Below, one piece after another: positions 39,003 through 51,057 of a DNA stretch of 64,000 bases. Every line of letters starts with the position of its first letter. The first letter of the stretch is position 1. A program made the translations under genes and the position numbers. The DNA comes from Camelus dromedarius. Taxonomy: Eukaryota. A model generated the notes under the pieces. The model made no database searches. It worked only from the letters and a program-made list of their open reading frames with translations, and was not told the DNA's origin. The DNA is taken from contig NC_087437.1 of the NCBI RefSeq assembly GCF_036321535.1, positions 3,348,001-3,412,000 of the forward strand. Reading direction: 5' to 3'.

Positions 39003-40149
39003 TTTCAAGGAGCTGCATTTTTTAATGAAAACTTTTCTGTGTGCCTTTGTTATGGCAGAAGTGGATATGATTGAAGATGAAAAGCAGGGCCTTGGTATGA
39101 GTGATGCTGCATACCAGTGTTAGATTTCAGCACTCGGGAAGTGAACCATAGCGGATGACGGGAGTGAATTTATGATACCACTCTTGGAGGAAGCGGTGGG
39201 CTCCCGAGGGAATGCCGTGCGATAGAGGACAGTCCTCCGTGGGCATCCACAGCAAAGCTACTCAGCATGTGGTGCACAGCCCCAGCGGGCCCCCAGGGAG
39301 AGTCTCGGGGGCTGTGGGCTGACCCAGGTGTTAAAGTTCTCTGCTTACGAGCCAGTGCCACCCGATTTCACGGCAGCTAAAGGTAACCTATTCAGTAAGT
39401 TATAAAGGGGCACGAGCAGTTCTTATTTCAGACTGAACTCAGCAAGTACCTGAAGTTTGCTGCATATTCAAATATGCTCTGCAGATAAGTGGGGCTGCTC
39501 ACCAGAGCTGGGACTAGACATGTATTAATGATTTTAATGACCTTTGGAAGCACAGAGCAGAGAGGAGATGATGGGCCAAGAGACTGGCCTAGGAGACCCA
39601 GGGAAGCACTCGGAGTTCTGTGGTCACTGGGCCCTGCAGGCGCTCACTTACAGTTAGAGGGGCTGAGGGTGAAGGGCGTGCCTGTGTTAGAATCTGACGA
39701 GGGAGGCTCTCCCCGTATGGAAGTGTGGAGTAGTGCAGCTTTCTTGCCAAGTCTCATAGTGATCTATGTCAAGAGTTGGAAGAATTTTAAAAAGATGAAA
39801 AGATACCAGCACATTATGATAAGAAAATATATAAAGGTTCTATTCAAGGATATTTACGATAGCAGGAAACAGAGTGATGGTAAACAGAGAAGCCGCAAAG
39901 CCTCTGCTCTAAGCAGCTTACATGGGTTTGGGTTGAGGCAGGGAGGCTGCTGCACAGAAGAGAAACAGTTAAGGTGCACACATAGGGGTGCTTGGAAGGT
40001 GAGTGAAGTAGGCTGAGGGTATTACACGTGACAGAAAGTGTTGCTGTTAGTAGAATAATCAGGAAAGGTGAGTAGATACTTGGATGGAGACCTGGAAAAA
40101 GTGAGGGAGCAAGTCATGTAAGAACCTGGCGGGGTTGGGGGAGAACTAG

Positions 40150-40715
40150 GGGAGGGAGGGGAAGAGGTGTGAACTGCCAGTCGCAGGATAAATGAGTCGC
40201 AAGGACGGAGTGTGCAGGTGGGGCTACAGTCAGTAACTAAGTAGTAACTAGGGTGGTGACCACACTTACCGCAGGGATCAGTTTGAAATGTATGGAAATA
40301 TCGAATCACTGTGTTGTGCACCAGGAGCTACATGGTGTCACAGTCATTACACTTTAAAAACAGATGAACAAGCAAACTCATCTGAAAAGACATCAGATTT
40401 GTGGTTACCAGAGGCAGGTGGTGGGAGACTTCCAGTTGTAGGATGAATGAGCCCGGGGATGTAGTGCACAACATAGTAAACGTAACCAGCACTGCTGTAT
40501 GTTTGCACCTGAGTTGTTAAGAGAGAAATTCTAAGAGTTCTCATCACAAGGGAAAAGTCCTTTTTCTTTAATTTATTTATCTGTATGAGGTGATGGCTGT
40601 TCATAAACTTACTGTGCTCATCATTTTATGATACAAGATCGTTATTCTGCACCCCTTAAATTTATACAGTGCTGTATGTCAATTATATCTCAATAAATAT
40701 GGAAGAAAAAATTTA
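40150..40715 (+). mobile_element. Old L1 3'-end fragments (two tandem pieces)
   Basis: L1 3'UTR motifs GTGGTTACCAGAGG, TAAGAGTTCTCATCACAAG and TATGTCAATTATATCTCAATAAA. Confidence 0.75.
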
Positions 40716-41059
40716 AAACACCTATAAATCTGGCCTCTGGATATCAACATTCATTTTATATGTTTGAAATTTTTCTTAATAAAAACACACTCTTAAAAAA
40801 AACTCCCATCTACAGTGGGTAGAGGTGACAGGAACTTACACAGGACAGACTTGTTGGATATGCATGTACGTATTAAATATAGCGTCCACACCTTACTGGG
40901 GGAGAAAATTGAAATCCTGGAAAAGAATAGAAATGTTTCCTTTTTGCCCTTTTTTAAAAAAGTGAGGCAAACATTTTCTACAGTTGTAAACAGCGTAGGC
41001 AGTTTAAGACCATGGAGAGGAAAAGGAGAGAGCGGGAAAATCTGGCCGAGTCGGGTTGC

Positions 41060-41960
41060 TGGCAGGGGCCCAGCATGTGCAGAGGATGCGAGGCCTTTGT
41101 TTAATGTGTTTTAGACTGGTCAGGAGGAGGGGTGGATGAGGTCGGGCCGTGTGGAACCTTGTAACGCGCAGTGAGGACTTGGGTATCGATTCTGCACTGG
41201 GGGGGCCCTTGTGGAGATTGGTGCAGCCCGTGATTGCAGGGCAGACTGGGGGTCTGGAGTGTGGAGGTTTGCAGACCTCTCTGGGGGTTGTTGAAATGAT
41301 CCAAACAGGCTGGCCGGCAGGGCAGGGCTGGGACGTGGTTGAAGTGGAGTCTTCGGGAACGGCTGATGGGTGGACATGGGATGTGAGAAAGGAAAGAGTC
41401 ACAGGTGATTGTAGGATTTGGGTCTTAACAGAAGTGCAGAGCTGCTGTTGGGTGAGATTTGGAAGACAAGGGGAGGGCAGGCTTGGCTGGGGCGGGGGCT
41501 TGTGGAGTTTGATTTTACGTCTGCAGCTTGTGTCATGGGACATCAGAGGGAAACACTGAGTTGGCGGTTAGATTTTTGTGGTTCAGAGTAGAATTGGAGA
41601 CGGAAGTTAGAAAAGTGGGTCATTAACTTGTGTGAGCACTGGAAGCAGTGGCTGGAGGCTGGTGGAGGCCTCTCTGGGAGGGTGGTCTCCTGCACCAGCA
41701 CTGCTCACGGAGCCACAAAAGTGAGTGTTGACCACATGGAGAGCTTGTGCAACCTGGACCAGTACTTGACAGCATTGAGCTTAGGGGCTGAAAGCCGCAA
41801 GTAGGTCTGAGAGGAGGAGGCGAGAGAGGGGAGACTGATCACGTTTTTCATGGAGTACTGTCAGAGGGGAGCTGAAGGAGTCTCTGTGGCCAAGGAGTTT
41901 TAATTTGAGTGCCTGTAATTTTTTGTATACTGGTAGGAAAGTTCCAGTGAGAAGGGGGCA
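41060..41960 (-). mobile_element. L2 LINE remnant
   Basis: Purine-rich decayed sequence with L2 hallmarks (GTAACGCGCAGTGAGGACTTGGGT, GGATGTGAGAAAGGAAAGAGTC, GGAGTTTGATTTT). Boundaries approximate. Confidence 0.65.
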
Positions 41961-42074
41961 ACTGTTGGTCAGAAGATGATGGGGACAGTTTTAGGAGTAA
42001 AGCCATCTACTAGGTGACAGGGTGGGAGTCAGCACTCAGTGAAGGTGTGGCTTTAGTAAGAGTGTGGACAGTTC

Positions 42075-42255
42075 TCTGTGGTGATTCCCAGCCCCGGCTT
42101 CACATCATGACCACGGGGAGTGCTTCCAAGCCCTGACGCCCGGGTGCCACCTTGACCGGTGACCCCCAGCCTCCAAGCTGAGGGCCCAGTATCGGTGTTG
42201 TCTGCAAGCTCCCCTCGGACCTCCCGTGCGGCCTGGCGTGGGGTGGGCAGGCAAC
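42075..42255. mobile_element. MER5-like element, strongly GC-shifted
   Basis: CACGGGGAGTGCTT...CTGACGCCCGGGTGCCACC...GGGCCCAGTATCGGTGTT...AAGCTCCCC, in MER5 order. Confidence 0.55.
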
Positions 42256-42822
42256 AATGTGGAAGGCTGGTGCCAGCACTCAACTAATTTGGTGGTGAAA
42301 CCTGGGGAAGTGCTCCTGCTTCTGTGTGTGCAGTGAGATGAGAAGCAGCGTGATCAGCTCAGGGGGGCGGAGGGGACAGTGATGAGGTTTCAAGAGGATG
42401 TGACAGAGCTGCCTTGGAGGGGTGAGGGATTCAATCGGGGGTGGGTTGGCTGGGCCACACCAGGACCCACCTGGAGGTCTGGATGCAGGTGTGGAGGAGA
42501 CAGGTGCGGTTCCCACGATCAGGTTCCTCAGACACACGGTCTCCAGTCAAAGTTCACATACGAGCACAAGTTTATTCCTTCTCCTGTGAAACAGTCTTGC
42601 CCCAAATGCTCTAGACGAGCCACACTCTGCTGGTTGTTGGACCCTAAGTGTGACGGACAAAGTTCTCACCCCTCAAGTAAGGGGCAGATAGGGCACTCTT
42701 AGTTCACAGGGAAGCACGGTGCTCGTTTTCTGGGGTGTTAACATACCTCAGTTTAGGTCTCTGTGCGTGAAATTCCACCTTCAGTGTTTAATGTGTTCGT
42801 TATGTGTGCTGTTTTCCTCCAG

Positions 42823-42922
42823 AAATCTCCAGCTATATTGGAATTTTACCAGGAACTTGGATTGCCTCCAAAACAGAAAGTGAAAATCTTTAAAGTAACA
42901 GATAATGCTGTAATTAAGCCAG
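42823..42922 (+). CDS. MRPL3: MRPL3 exon 5: [33 protein letters not shown](G)
   Basis: TTTTCCTCCAG acceptor, CAG|GTAATC donor, 100 nt. Confidence 0.96.
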
Positions 42923-43634
42923 GTAATCTGAGGTTGGGGGGCAGGGGGGCAGAAATACCCAAATGTGTGATTTGTTTAATGTCAGCCCTTTCGATAAAGC
43001 TGAATTCACAATACAAAGTCCCAAACGCTTATTTTTAAATATAAAACTATCGGATTTAGTCACTAGGGGCAAACAAGTCTTTTTCTTTTTTAAGTGGAGG
43101 GAACTGTAGGGAACTCTTTGTATCCATGAGAGAGGGAGGGATGCTTTTGTTTTTAAGGTACAGAGAGTTTCACATTCGAAAAAGCCACTCCAAATAAATA
43201 AATGAACTTTTAAAATATGAAGTTCACTGATGGTAGGCTGGCGTTTTATTAAGTGAAGAATAGCTAGACTCTTGCTGAGATAGGGTAAGTTGAGAAAATG
43301 CAGCCTGAAGCGGAAAAGTGACCACAGCACCTTGATGTGAAGATTCTTACCAAAAAGTCAAAGGTATTTTGCCTAATCCATGGGATGTCAAAAAGATTTG
43401 GCAATGTATGTTATATCAGTTCACGTAGTTAGCAGCATTTTGATGTCTTTGAACTTCAGAAAAGCTCCCTGATCTCTTGAACTTAAGTCTGACAAGTACA
43501 CTGTAGAACGGCGTGTTCAGATTTGATATTTTAATACCTGAACTGAATCTCTTCAAGTGAAATACAGTTGCAAAGGTGAGAGTCAGCCTTGATACAAGCT
43601 AGAATGCAAAGTTTTTTAGGAGTGGAAGCTTTTT

Positions 43635-43652
43635 TTAAAAGTTTATTTTATT

Positions 43653-43702
<50 letters not shown>

Positions 43703-43834
43703 AGTGTATGAGTGTGTGAGACAGAGAAAGAGAGAGAGAGAAAGTAATTAGGTTTATTTGACAGGTACCGGGGATTGAACCCAGGACCTCGTGCATGCTG
43801 AGCACACTCACTGCCACTGGGCTGTACCCTCCCC
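43635..43834 (-). mobile_element. vic-1-like SINE with microsatellite-expanded tail
   Basis: GTAATTAGGTTTATT + GGGATTGAACCCAGGACCTCGTGCATGCTGAGC head. Tail converted to (TG)n/(GA)n. Confidence 0.88.
43655..43692. repeat. (TG)19 microsatellite in a SINE tail
   Basis: Perfect TG run followed by degenerate TG/GA repeats to about 43740. Confidence 0.95.
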
Positions 43835-44360
43835 ACAAAGGTGTTTTTTGAAATGCATGTTTTTTCATCTTTAAGGTACAATAAATAAAATTAAACTAAC
43901 AAGTATAAAAATTAAGTCCACATTAATTTTTGCTATAGCTCAGACCATGTGACATTGTTGCTTTTGTGAGTGAAAAATGGTCAAATATCAGCAATTCAGG
44001 TCATTCAACCTCATAGAAATTCAGTCATTTTTAACCTCCCCTATTTTTTCTTAATTCAAGGTTTTTTCTGCACATACAAATCCAGATTGGGCTCTCCCTT
44101 AAAGGACACTACCCTCTGAAAGCCTCCAGCATTTTACTCCCTGTTTTAAACAAACAACAAAAAAAATTAGCTTTCAGTTACATTCTCTACTACGTTGGTT
44201 CTGGCTTAAAAAAAATCTCTTATTTGATGATGTTAATGTTGGTTCCTATTTTTGGGTAACTTATCTCCAATGGGGGAAAAAAGAGAATGGCTTGATCTAG
44301 CCTCAGTATTTTTTAAGTCATTCTCTTATTTTTATTGTCCTTATTTGAAATAGGAAATAT

Positions 44361-44493
44361 ACATATATTTTTTAATTTTGCGGGGGAGGTAATTAGGTTT
44401 ATTTATTTTTTTAAAGGCAGTACCGGGCATTGGACCCAGGACCTCGTGCATGCTAAGCATGTGCTCTACCCCTTGAGCTATATACCCTCCCCC
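44361..44493 (-). mobile_element. vic-1-like SINE, long form
   Basis: Full head and body. TSD TGAAATAGGA at 44346-44355 and 44494-44503. Confidence 0.92.
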
Positions 44494-44831
44494 TGAAATA
44501 GGATATTTATCTTAATACACTGTTATTCACAAGAACAGCCGAGAACCTTCAGAGCCGTGTAACTAGCAGTCCAAGCACTGTTGGCCCAGGAGCCACCCAC
44601 CTGGCAGCACCAGGCTGGCCTCTGGAGGCCCAAGCGCGCCGGCCTCACCGGCACCAGGTGCTTCGTAGGGGGCACTTCGTGGTTCAGCCCACATACGTTT
44701 AGTACATTTGCTGAACGACTTTATTATTTTATTATTGGCAGGTCTAATGGTTATGATGGCAGAAGAGACTCTCCTAACGTTTTTGAGATCTGGTAGCTAG
44801 AAGGTTCCTGGATGTGGTTTATGTGTAATGA

Positions 44832-44942
<111 letters not shown>

Positions 44943-45694
44943 TAGGTCACGTCACAGCTCTCTGTTCCTTTTGTTTCCCTCGTATATTAAAAACCACATG
45001 AGAAAGAAGCACAGGATTCTAAGTCAGGGAGCGCAGCAGCAGGCGCCGCTGTGCCCGCTCAGGGCTCTGACCCTGCTGCTGCTGCCCGCGTGCGAAGCGT
45101 CCTTGTCAGGTCACGGCTCTGGCGCTGCGGTGCGCGCTTCTCTGAGTGGGACCCAGCGCCGGGCCCGCGTCCGTGTCAAAGTCGCCCGAGCAGTGCCCTG
45201 AAGTTCTTTTGAGGCTGTCGTGGAGTCTGGTGGTTGGTGGTCCTTAACAACACTAGGAAGCGGTTACATTAGAAGCAGTTTGTACTGCTGTGATCCTTGT
45301 CCCTAAGGTGGCCCTAAGGTAACCCTGAGACATTTTTAGCACTGCATTCACAGCCTGTCAGGAGCTTCTCTACGGGCCTCACTCTTGTCTCTGTCATCTG
45401 ACAAGTCTGCAGCCTGTGTCCCAGGAGCGTTCTGCCCGGGAGCCCCTTGAAAATGAATAGTGGCCCACGGTTGCTCTGGGGTGTGTCAGGATCACCGGGA
45501 CTGAGCCCACAGAAACCAGGTGGACGCCAGCATCTGTTTCCGTAATGCAGGCAGATACATCCTCAGTCCCTCATCACTACCGCCTGCTGTCACGTGTGGG
45601 TCTTTGCACACAGCTCCTGGGGCCTCAGCCTTTGATTTATTTTGGAATGGAGTGGAACAGATTGGCAGCAGAGTCGGGGAGAGTGGGGCCTCCT

Positions 45695-48565
45695 TTTTTA
45701 TATATATACTTATTTTCATATTTTTTTCCATTAAAGGTTATTACAAGATGTTAAACATAGTTCCCTGTGCTCTACAGAAGAAACTTTTTCTTTAATCTAT
45801 CATTATATGTAGTGGCTAACATTTATAAATCTCAAATTTACCCCTTCCCATCCCCATAAGATTGTATATTAAGTCTGCCAGTCTGTTTCTGTTTTGTAGA
45901 TTAGTTCATAGTGTAGCTTTTTTTTTTTGATTCCACATATGAGTGATATCATATGGTGTTTTTCTTTCTCTTTCTGGCTTACTTCACTTAGAATGACGAT
46001 CTCTGGGTCCACCCATGTTGCTGCAAATGGCATTATTTGATTCTTTTTTATGGCTGAATAGTATTCCATTGTATAAACATACCACGTCTTCTTTCTCCAG
46101 TCATCTGTCAGTGGACATATAGGTTGTTTCCATGTCTCGGCTATTGTAAATAGTGCTGCTCTGAACATTGAGGTGCATGTGTCTTTTTAAATTTTATTTT
46201 TCTCTGGATATATGCCCAGGAGTGGGATTGCTGGATCATAGGGTAAGTCTATTTCTAGTTTTTTAAGGAACCTCCATACTGTCCTCCATAGTGACTGCAC
46301 CAGTCTAGACTCCCACCAACAGTGTAGGAGAGTTACTTTTTCTCCACACCCTCTCCAGCATTTATTGTTGTAGACTTTTGAATGATGGCCATTCTGGCTG
46401 GTGTAAGGTGGTATCTCATTTACCTTTTGATCTGTGTTTCTCTGATAATTAGTGATGCTGAGCATTTTTTTGTGTGCCTATTGACCATTTGTATGTCTTC
46501 ATTGGAGAATTGCTTGTTTATGTCTTCTGCCCATTTTTGGAGTGGGTTGCTTGTTTTTTTGATGTTAAGGTGTATGAGCTGTTTGTATATTTTAGAAATT
46601 AGTCCCTTGTTGGTCGCATCATTTTTTAATATTTTCTCCCATTCTGTAGGTTGTCTTTTCGTTTTGTTAGTGGTTTCCTTTGCTGTGCAAAAGCTGTTAA
46701 GCTTAATTAGATGCCATTTGTTTATTTTTGCTTCTATTTCCATTACTCTAGGAGGTGGTTCAGAAAATATGTTGCTGTGATTTATGTCCAAGAGTGTTCT
46801 GCCTTTGTTTTCCTCTAGGAGTTTTATAATAGCTGGTTTTACATTTAAGTCTTTAATCCATTTTGAGCTTATTTTTGTATATAGTGATAGACAATGTTCT
46901 AATTTCAGTCTTTTGCATGTAGCTGTCCAGTTTTCCTAGCACCACTTATTGAAGAGAATGTCTTTTCTTCATTGTGTAGTCTTGCCTCCTTTGTGGTAGA
47001 TTAATTGACCAAAAGTGCGTAAGTTTATTTCTGGACTTTCTATTCTGTTCCATTGATCTATGTGTATTTTTGTGGCAGTACCATACTATTTTGATTACTG
47101 TAGCTTTGTAGTATAATCTGAAGTCAGGGAGCATGATGCCCTCAGCTCCATTCTTCTTTTTTAAGATTGTTTTGGCTATTCAAGGTCTTTTGTGTTTCCA
47201 TATAAATTTTAACATTTTTTGTTCCAGCCCTGTGAAGAATGTCATTGGTAACTTGATAGGGGCTGCATTGAATCTGTAAATTGCGTTGGGCAGTATGGCC
47301 ATTTTAACAATATTGATTCTTCCAATCCAAGAACACAGTATATCATTCCATTTGTTTATGTCTTCTTCAGTTTCTTTCATCAGTGTCTTAAGAGTTTTCG
47401 GAGTAGAAGTCTTTTGCCTCCTTGGGTAGGTTTATTCCTAGGTATTTTATTCTTTTTGGTGCGATGGGAAATGGTATTGTTTCCTTAATTTCTTTTTCTG
47501 CTATTTTATTATTAGTGTATAGAAATGCAACTAATTTCTGTATATTAATTTTGTATCCTGCAGCTTTACCAAATTCATTGATGAGCACTAGTAGTTTTCT
47601 GGTAGTGTCTAAGGATTTTCTGTATATACTATCATGTCATCTGCAGACAATGACAGGTTTACTTCTTTGTCTCCAATCTGGATTCCTTTTTCTTCTTTTT
47701 CTTCTCTGATTGCTGTTGCTAGGACTTCCAAAACTATGTTGAACAAAAGTGGTGAGAGTGGGCATCCTTGTCTTGTTCCTGATCTTAGAGGAAATGCTTT
47801 CAGCTTTTCCCTGTTACGTATGATGTTAGCTGTGGGTTTGTCATATATGGCCTTTGTTATGTTGAGGTATGCTCCATCTCTGCCCACTTTCTGGATAGTT
47901 TTGATCATAAATGGATGTTGAATTTTATCAAAAGCTTTTCTGCATCTGTTGAGGTGATCATATGGTTTTTAAATCTTAATTTGTTAATGTGGTGCATCAC
48001 ACTGATTTGCAAATACTGAAGAATCCCTGCATCCCTGGGATAAACCTCACTTGATTATGGTGTGTGATCCTTTTAATGCAGTGTTGGAGTTGATCTGCTA
48101 GTATTTTGTTGAGGATTTTTGCATCTCTATTCATAAGTGATATTGCCCTGTAATTTTCTTTTTTTGTGATATATTTGTCTGGTTTTGATATCAGGGTGAT
48201 GGTGGCCTCATAGAATGAATTTGGAAGTTCCTCTGCAAGTTTTTGGAATAGTTTCAGAAGGAGAAGTGTTAACTTCTCTAAATGTTCGGTAGAATTCACC
48301 TATGAAACCATCTGATCCTGGACTTTTGTTTGTTGGGAGATTTTTAAATTACTGATTTGATTTCAGTACTGGTAATTGGTCTATTCATATTGTCTACTTC
48401 TTCCTGGTTTAGTCTTGACAAACTGTATCTTTCTAAGAAATTGTCCATTTCTTCTACGTAGTCCTTTTTGTTGGTGTACAGTTGTTTATAGTAGCCACTT
48501 AAGATCCCTTGTATTTCTGTGGTGTCGGTTGTAACTTACCCTTTTTCTGATTTTATTAATTTGGG
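45695..48565 (-). mobile_element. 5'-truncated L1 with disrupted ORF2 (reverse transcriptase remnant) in MRPL3 intron 6
   Basis: Minus-strand fragments [39 protein letters not shown] (normally FADDMI), IKYLGINL and [10 protein letters not shown], broken by stops and frameshifts. TSD-like GGGCCTC(C/T)TTTT at about 45686 and 48571. Confidence 0.95.
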
Positions 48566-49854
48566 CGGTTGGGCCTCTTTTTAAGGAAACTGTGAGCCTT
48601 TGTCTTTTTTTTCCCTGCTTCCTGGGGCCTCTAAAATCGCTGGTTTCTTGATAATGCTTTTTGTCCTCCCTGCCCTTGTGAAGAAATGAATAATATACTG
48701 GAGCTATAAAGCTTTGGTTTGGTTAGCTGGGGAGATCTGTGTGTTGTGAATCAGATGATTTTACTATTTAAGTTTCTGAATTGTTACATGTAATAAAATA
48801 CCTCACGGTAATTCTGTTAATTTACATACAGTTAATAGTGTGTACATCTCATTACATATTTTACAGTATAAATTAGATATTTCAGGGAGCTCTGCAGAGT
48901 CAGATTCCCTTGTTAGCAAATGCCCTGTGGGGATATTTGTGACCGGCTTCCCAGTGCCTGTGTTCTAGATGCTTGTGTTTCATGCGCTGCTGTTGGGTTC
49001 CCTGGGCTTCTGAAAAGCTACCTTTAAATACTTCTGCTCAGGAGCGTAAAGTGGAAGGAGAGTGTATTGGTTTTGTTTTGTGTTTGAAGATCACGTACTG
49101 GAGAAGGAAGCTGTGTACAGCCCCATGCCGGCCTCGGGACTAGGCTGCTACAGGCTGGGGGATTCACTAGCTGGGGATTAGTAGTTGGCATTCACCTCTG
49201 GAGGAGGGGCCCTCACTGCTGAACTTCCACCGTGTGACCTGTCTGCTTACCTTTCCGAGGGGAGACCTGAGATCAGGGTGAAACGGACTTCATTTGACCT
49301 TTCACTGAAGGTTTCTGACGGCCATGACTCTTGTCGCCAGCATGTTATTTTGGCCTCAGGATGCTTGTAAGCGCTTATAAATTAGTAGGACTCTCTGTGC
49401 TTCCCACATAGAGATGTTGGAATTCCTTCCCGGTGCAGCACTGGGTCTGAGCTGCACACAGTCCTGGTGGAGGCTGCCTCTTCCCTCTGCCGTTGACGTC
49501 CCTGAGCTTGTGTGTGTGTGCGCGCACGCGCGCACATGAGTTTGCTTGCTTCTCTTTTTCCTTTTTAAATTCTTCTGTCACCTTTCCCAGCTGCTTCTCA
49601 GTTTTTGAACAGTTCCCCCCACTTGGAGTTTCAGTCCTTGGCACCAGTGAGAATGTTTTTCCTTGTTGGTTGTAAATAGAAGCGTCATCTTTTGGGCGTA
49701 GGCTCTAATCCTTACAGCCCCTTGCTGTGACTCACTTGCAGGTGGGAATTTTCTACCTTGTCCCCCATTTTCAGTCCCTGTTTTAAAATTTTGAAACTTC
49801 TGGGCTCCGCCCTCTTGATTAATCGTGTTAGAGGTGCAGACACTAGAGGGAAAA

Positions 49855-50115
49855 GCCGCAGTGACGTGGGAGGTCATGAGGGACACGGGTTTACAGGCTG
49901 GAGCGTCAGTTCTCACGTATTAGGGGCTTCAGTCTCCGGGAGGGCGTGTCAGGCGCGGCCCCCGTCTTCAGATTGGATAGGCCGGGGGCCGTAGCTGACA
50001 AAGGGCGTTTCCCACAAGCTCCTGCGCGAGCGGGCGCAGCCGGCCCAGGGCCCACGGCCGGGGCTCCTGCGCTGGGCGCCGCCCCGTGCCCGCCTTGTCC
50101 TAACTCTGCTCGGAC
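49855..50115. promoter_or_regulatory. Small intronic CpG island (MRPL3 intron 6), candidate promoter/enhancer
   Basis: Dense CpG and GC-rich, sharply bounded by AT-rich DNA after about 50250. Carries TGACGT, GGGCGTG, ATTGG and TTTCCCAC motifs. Confidence 0.55.
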
Positions 50116-50768
50116 TGGAACATTCAAGCTTTGGTTTTAAAGCAGGTCAGTCTGGTCAGCCCACTTCCATGTGGCTTGTCAGAAGAGCAGGCCTGTGTGT
50201 CACCCACGTTCCTTAGTCACTGGCTTCGCTGGCTCCTTGCTGTTGATTAATTTGAGACTTTTCTCTCTACAATTGAAGTTCTTCATTTGTCTCATGTAAT
50301 AATTATATTTAATTGTTAAATCTACACATATTTTGAGTATTTCAAGTTTTTATCTTATAGCTTCGATTCTAATTGCTGGATTAAATATACTTTAGAAATA
50401 ACTAACTAAATTAGAAAAATTTAAACATATTATTTTAAGAAAATACAGTGTTAATAGAATCTTTCTACTTCAAGAATGAAATTGTCTGCTGACATGTTTT
50501 TAAAGTGACCAGTAACCAACAGTAGCAGCCTCTTCTGCTAGACCTCCTTATGTTTTTTAAGGAAAATGTTTAATGATTGCATTAGAAATCACCTTACATT
50601 GAAAGGTGCTGAATTTGGATATAATTCTTTATATAAATAAGTAAATTTATCAGTGTCACTTTATAGTGTGAGGTCAATATATATTTAATAGTTATTTTTA
50701 ATTTTTACTTTTAAATAAATAGTTTTCATCAAAAGGGTCTGAGAATACAGATTCAATTTAGATTATAT

Positions 50769-50860
50769 GGGGGAGGGTATAGCTCAGTGGTGAAGCATGT
50801 GCTTAGCATACATGAGGTCCTGGGTTCAACCCCAGTACCTCCATTTAAAAAAAAAAAAAA
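50769..50860 (+). mobile_element. vic-1-like SINE, short form (tRNA-like head + poly-A only)
   Basis: GGGGGAGGGTATAGCTCAGTGG...GGTTCAACCCCAGTACCTCCA + pure A run. Perfect TSD AGATTATATGGG at 50760-50771 and 50860-50871. Confidence 0.92.
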
Positions 50861-51027
50861 GATTATATGGGAAAGATCTTTACATCTGATACGTAGAACC
50901 ATCCTAGCAGAATAATGTTTCATTATGCTATTAATAGATAATACGGCCCCGCCTGTGAAATATGGGAGCTTTATGTCATGTATTTGAAATAAAAGTTAAA
51001 GTGTAGCACGTGTAATGATGTGCCCCA

Positions 51028-51057
51028 CACCACCACCACCACCACCACCACCACCAC
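51028..51057. repeat. (CAC)10 microsatellite
   Basis: Perfect 30-bp trinucleotide run. Confidence 0.95.

Noticed and set aside
45869..48299. Reverse-transcriptase-like ORFs as a novel retroelement or retron-like system
   Set aside because: Standard L1 ORF2 peptides, fragmented by stops and frameshifts and 5'-truncated.
50769..50843. tRNA-Ala(AGC)-like sequences here and at the other SINE heads
   Set aside because: They have poly-A tails, TSDs and mismatched stems, and are multiple diverged copies: SINEs, not functional tRNA genes.
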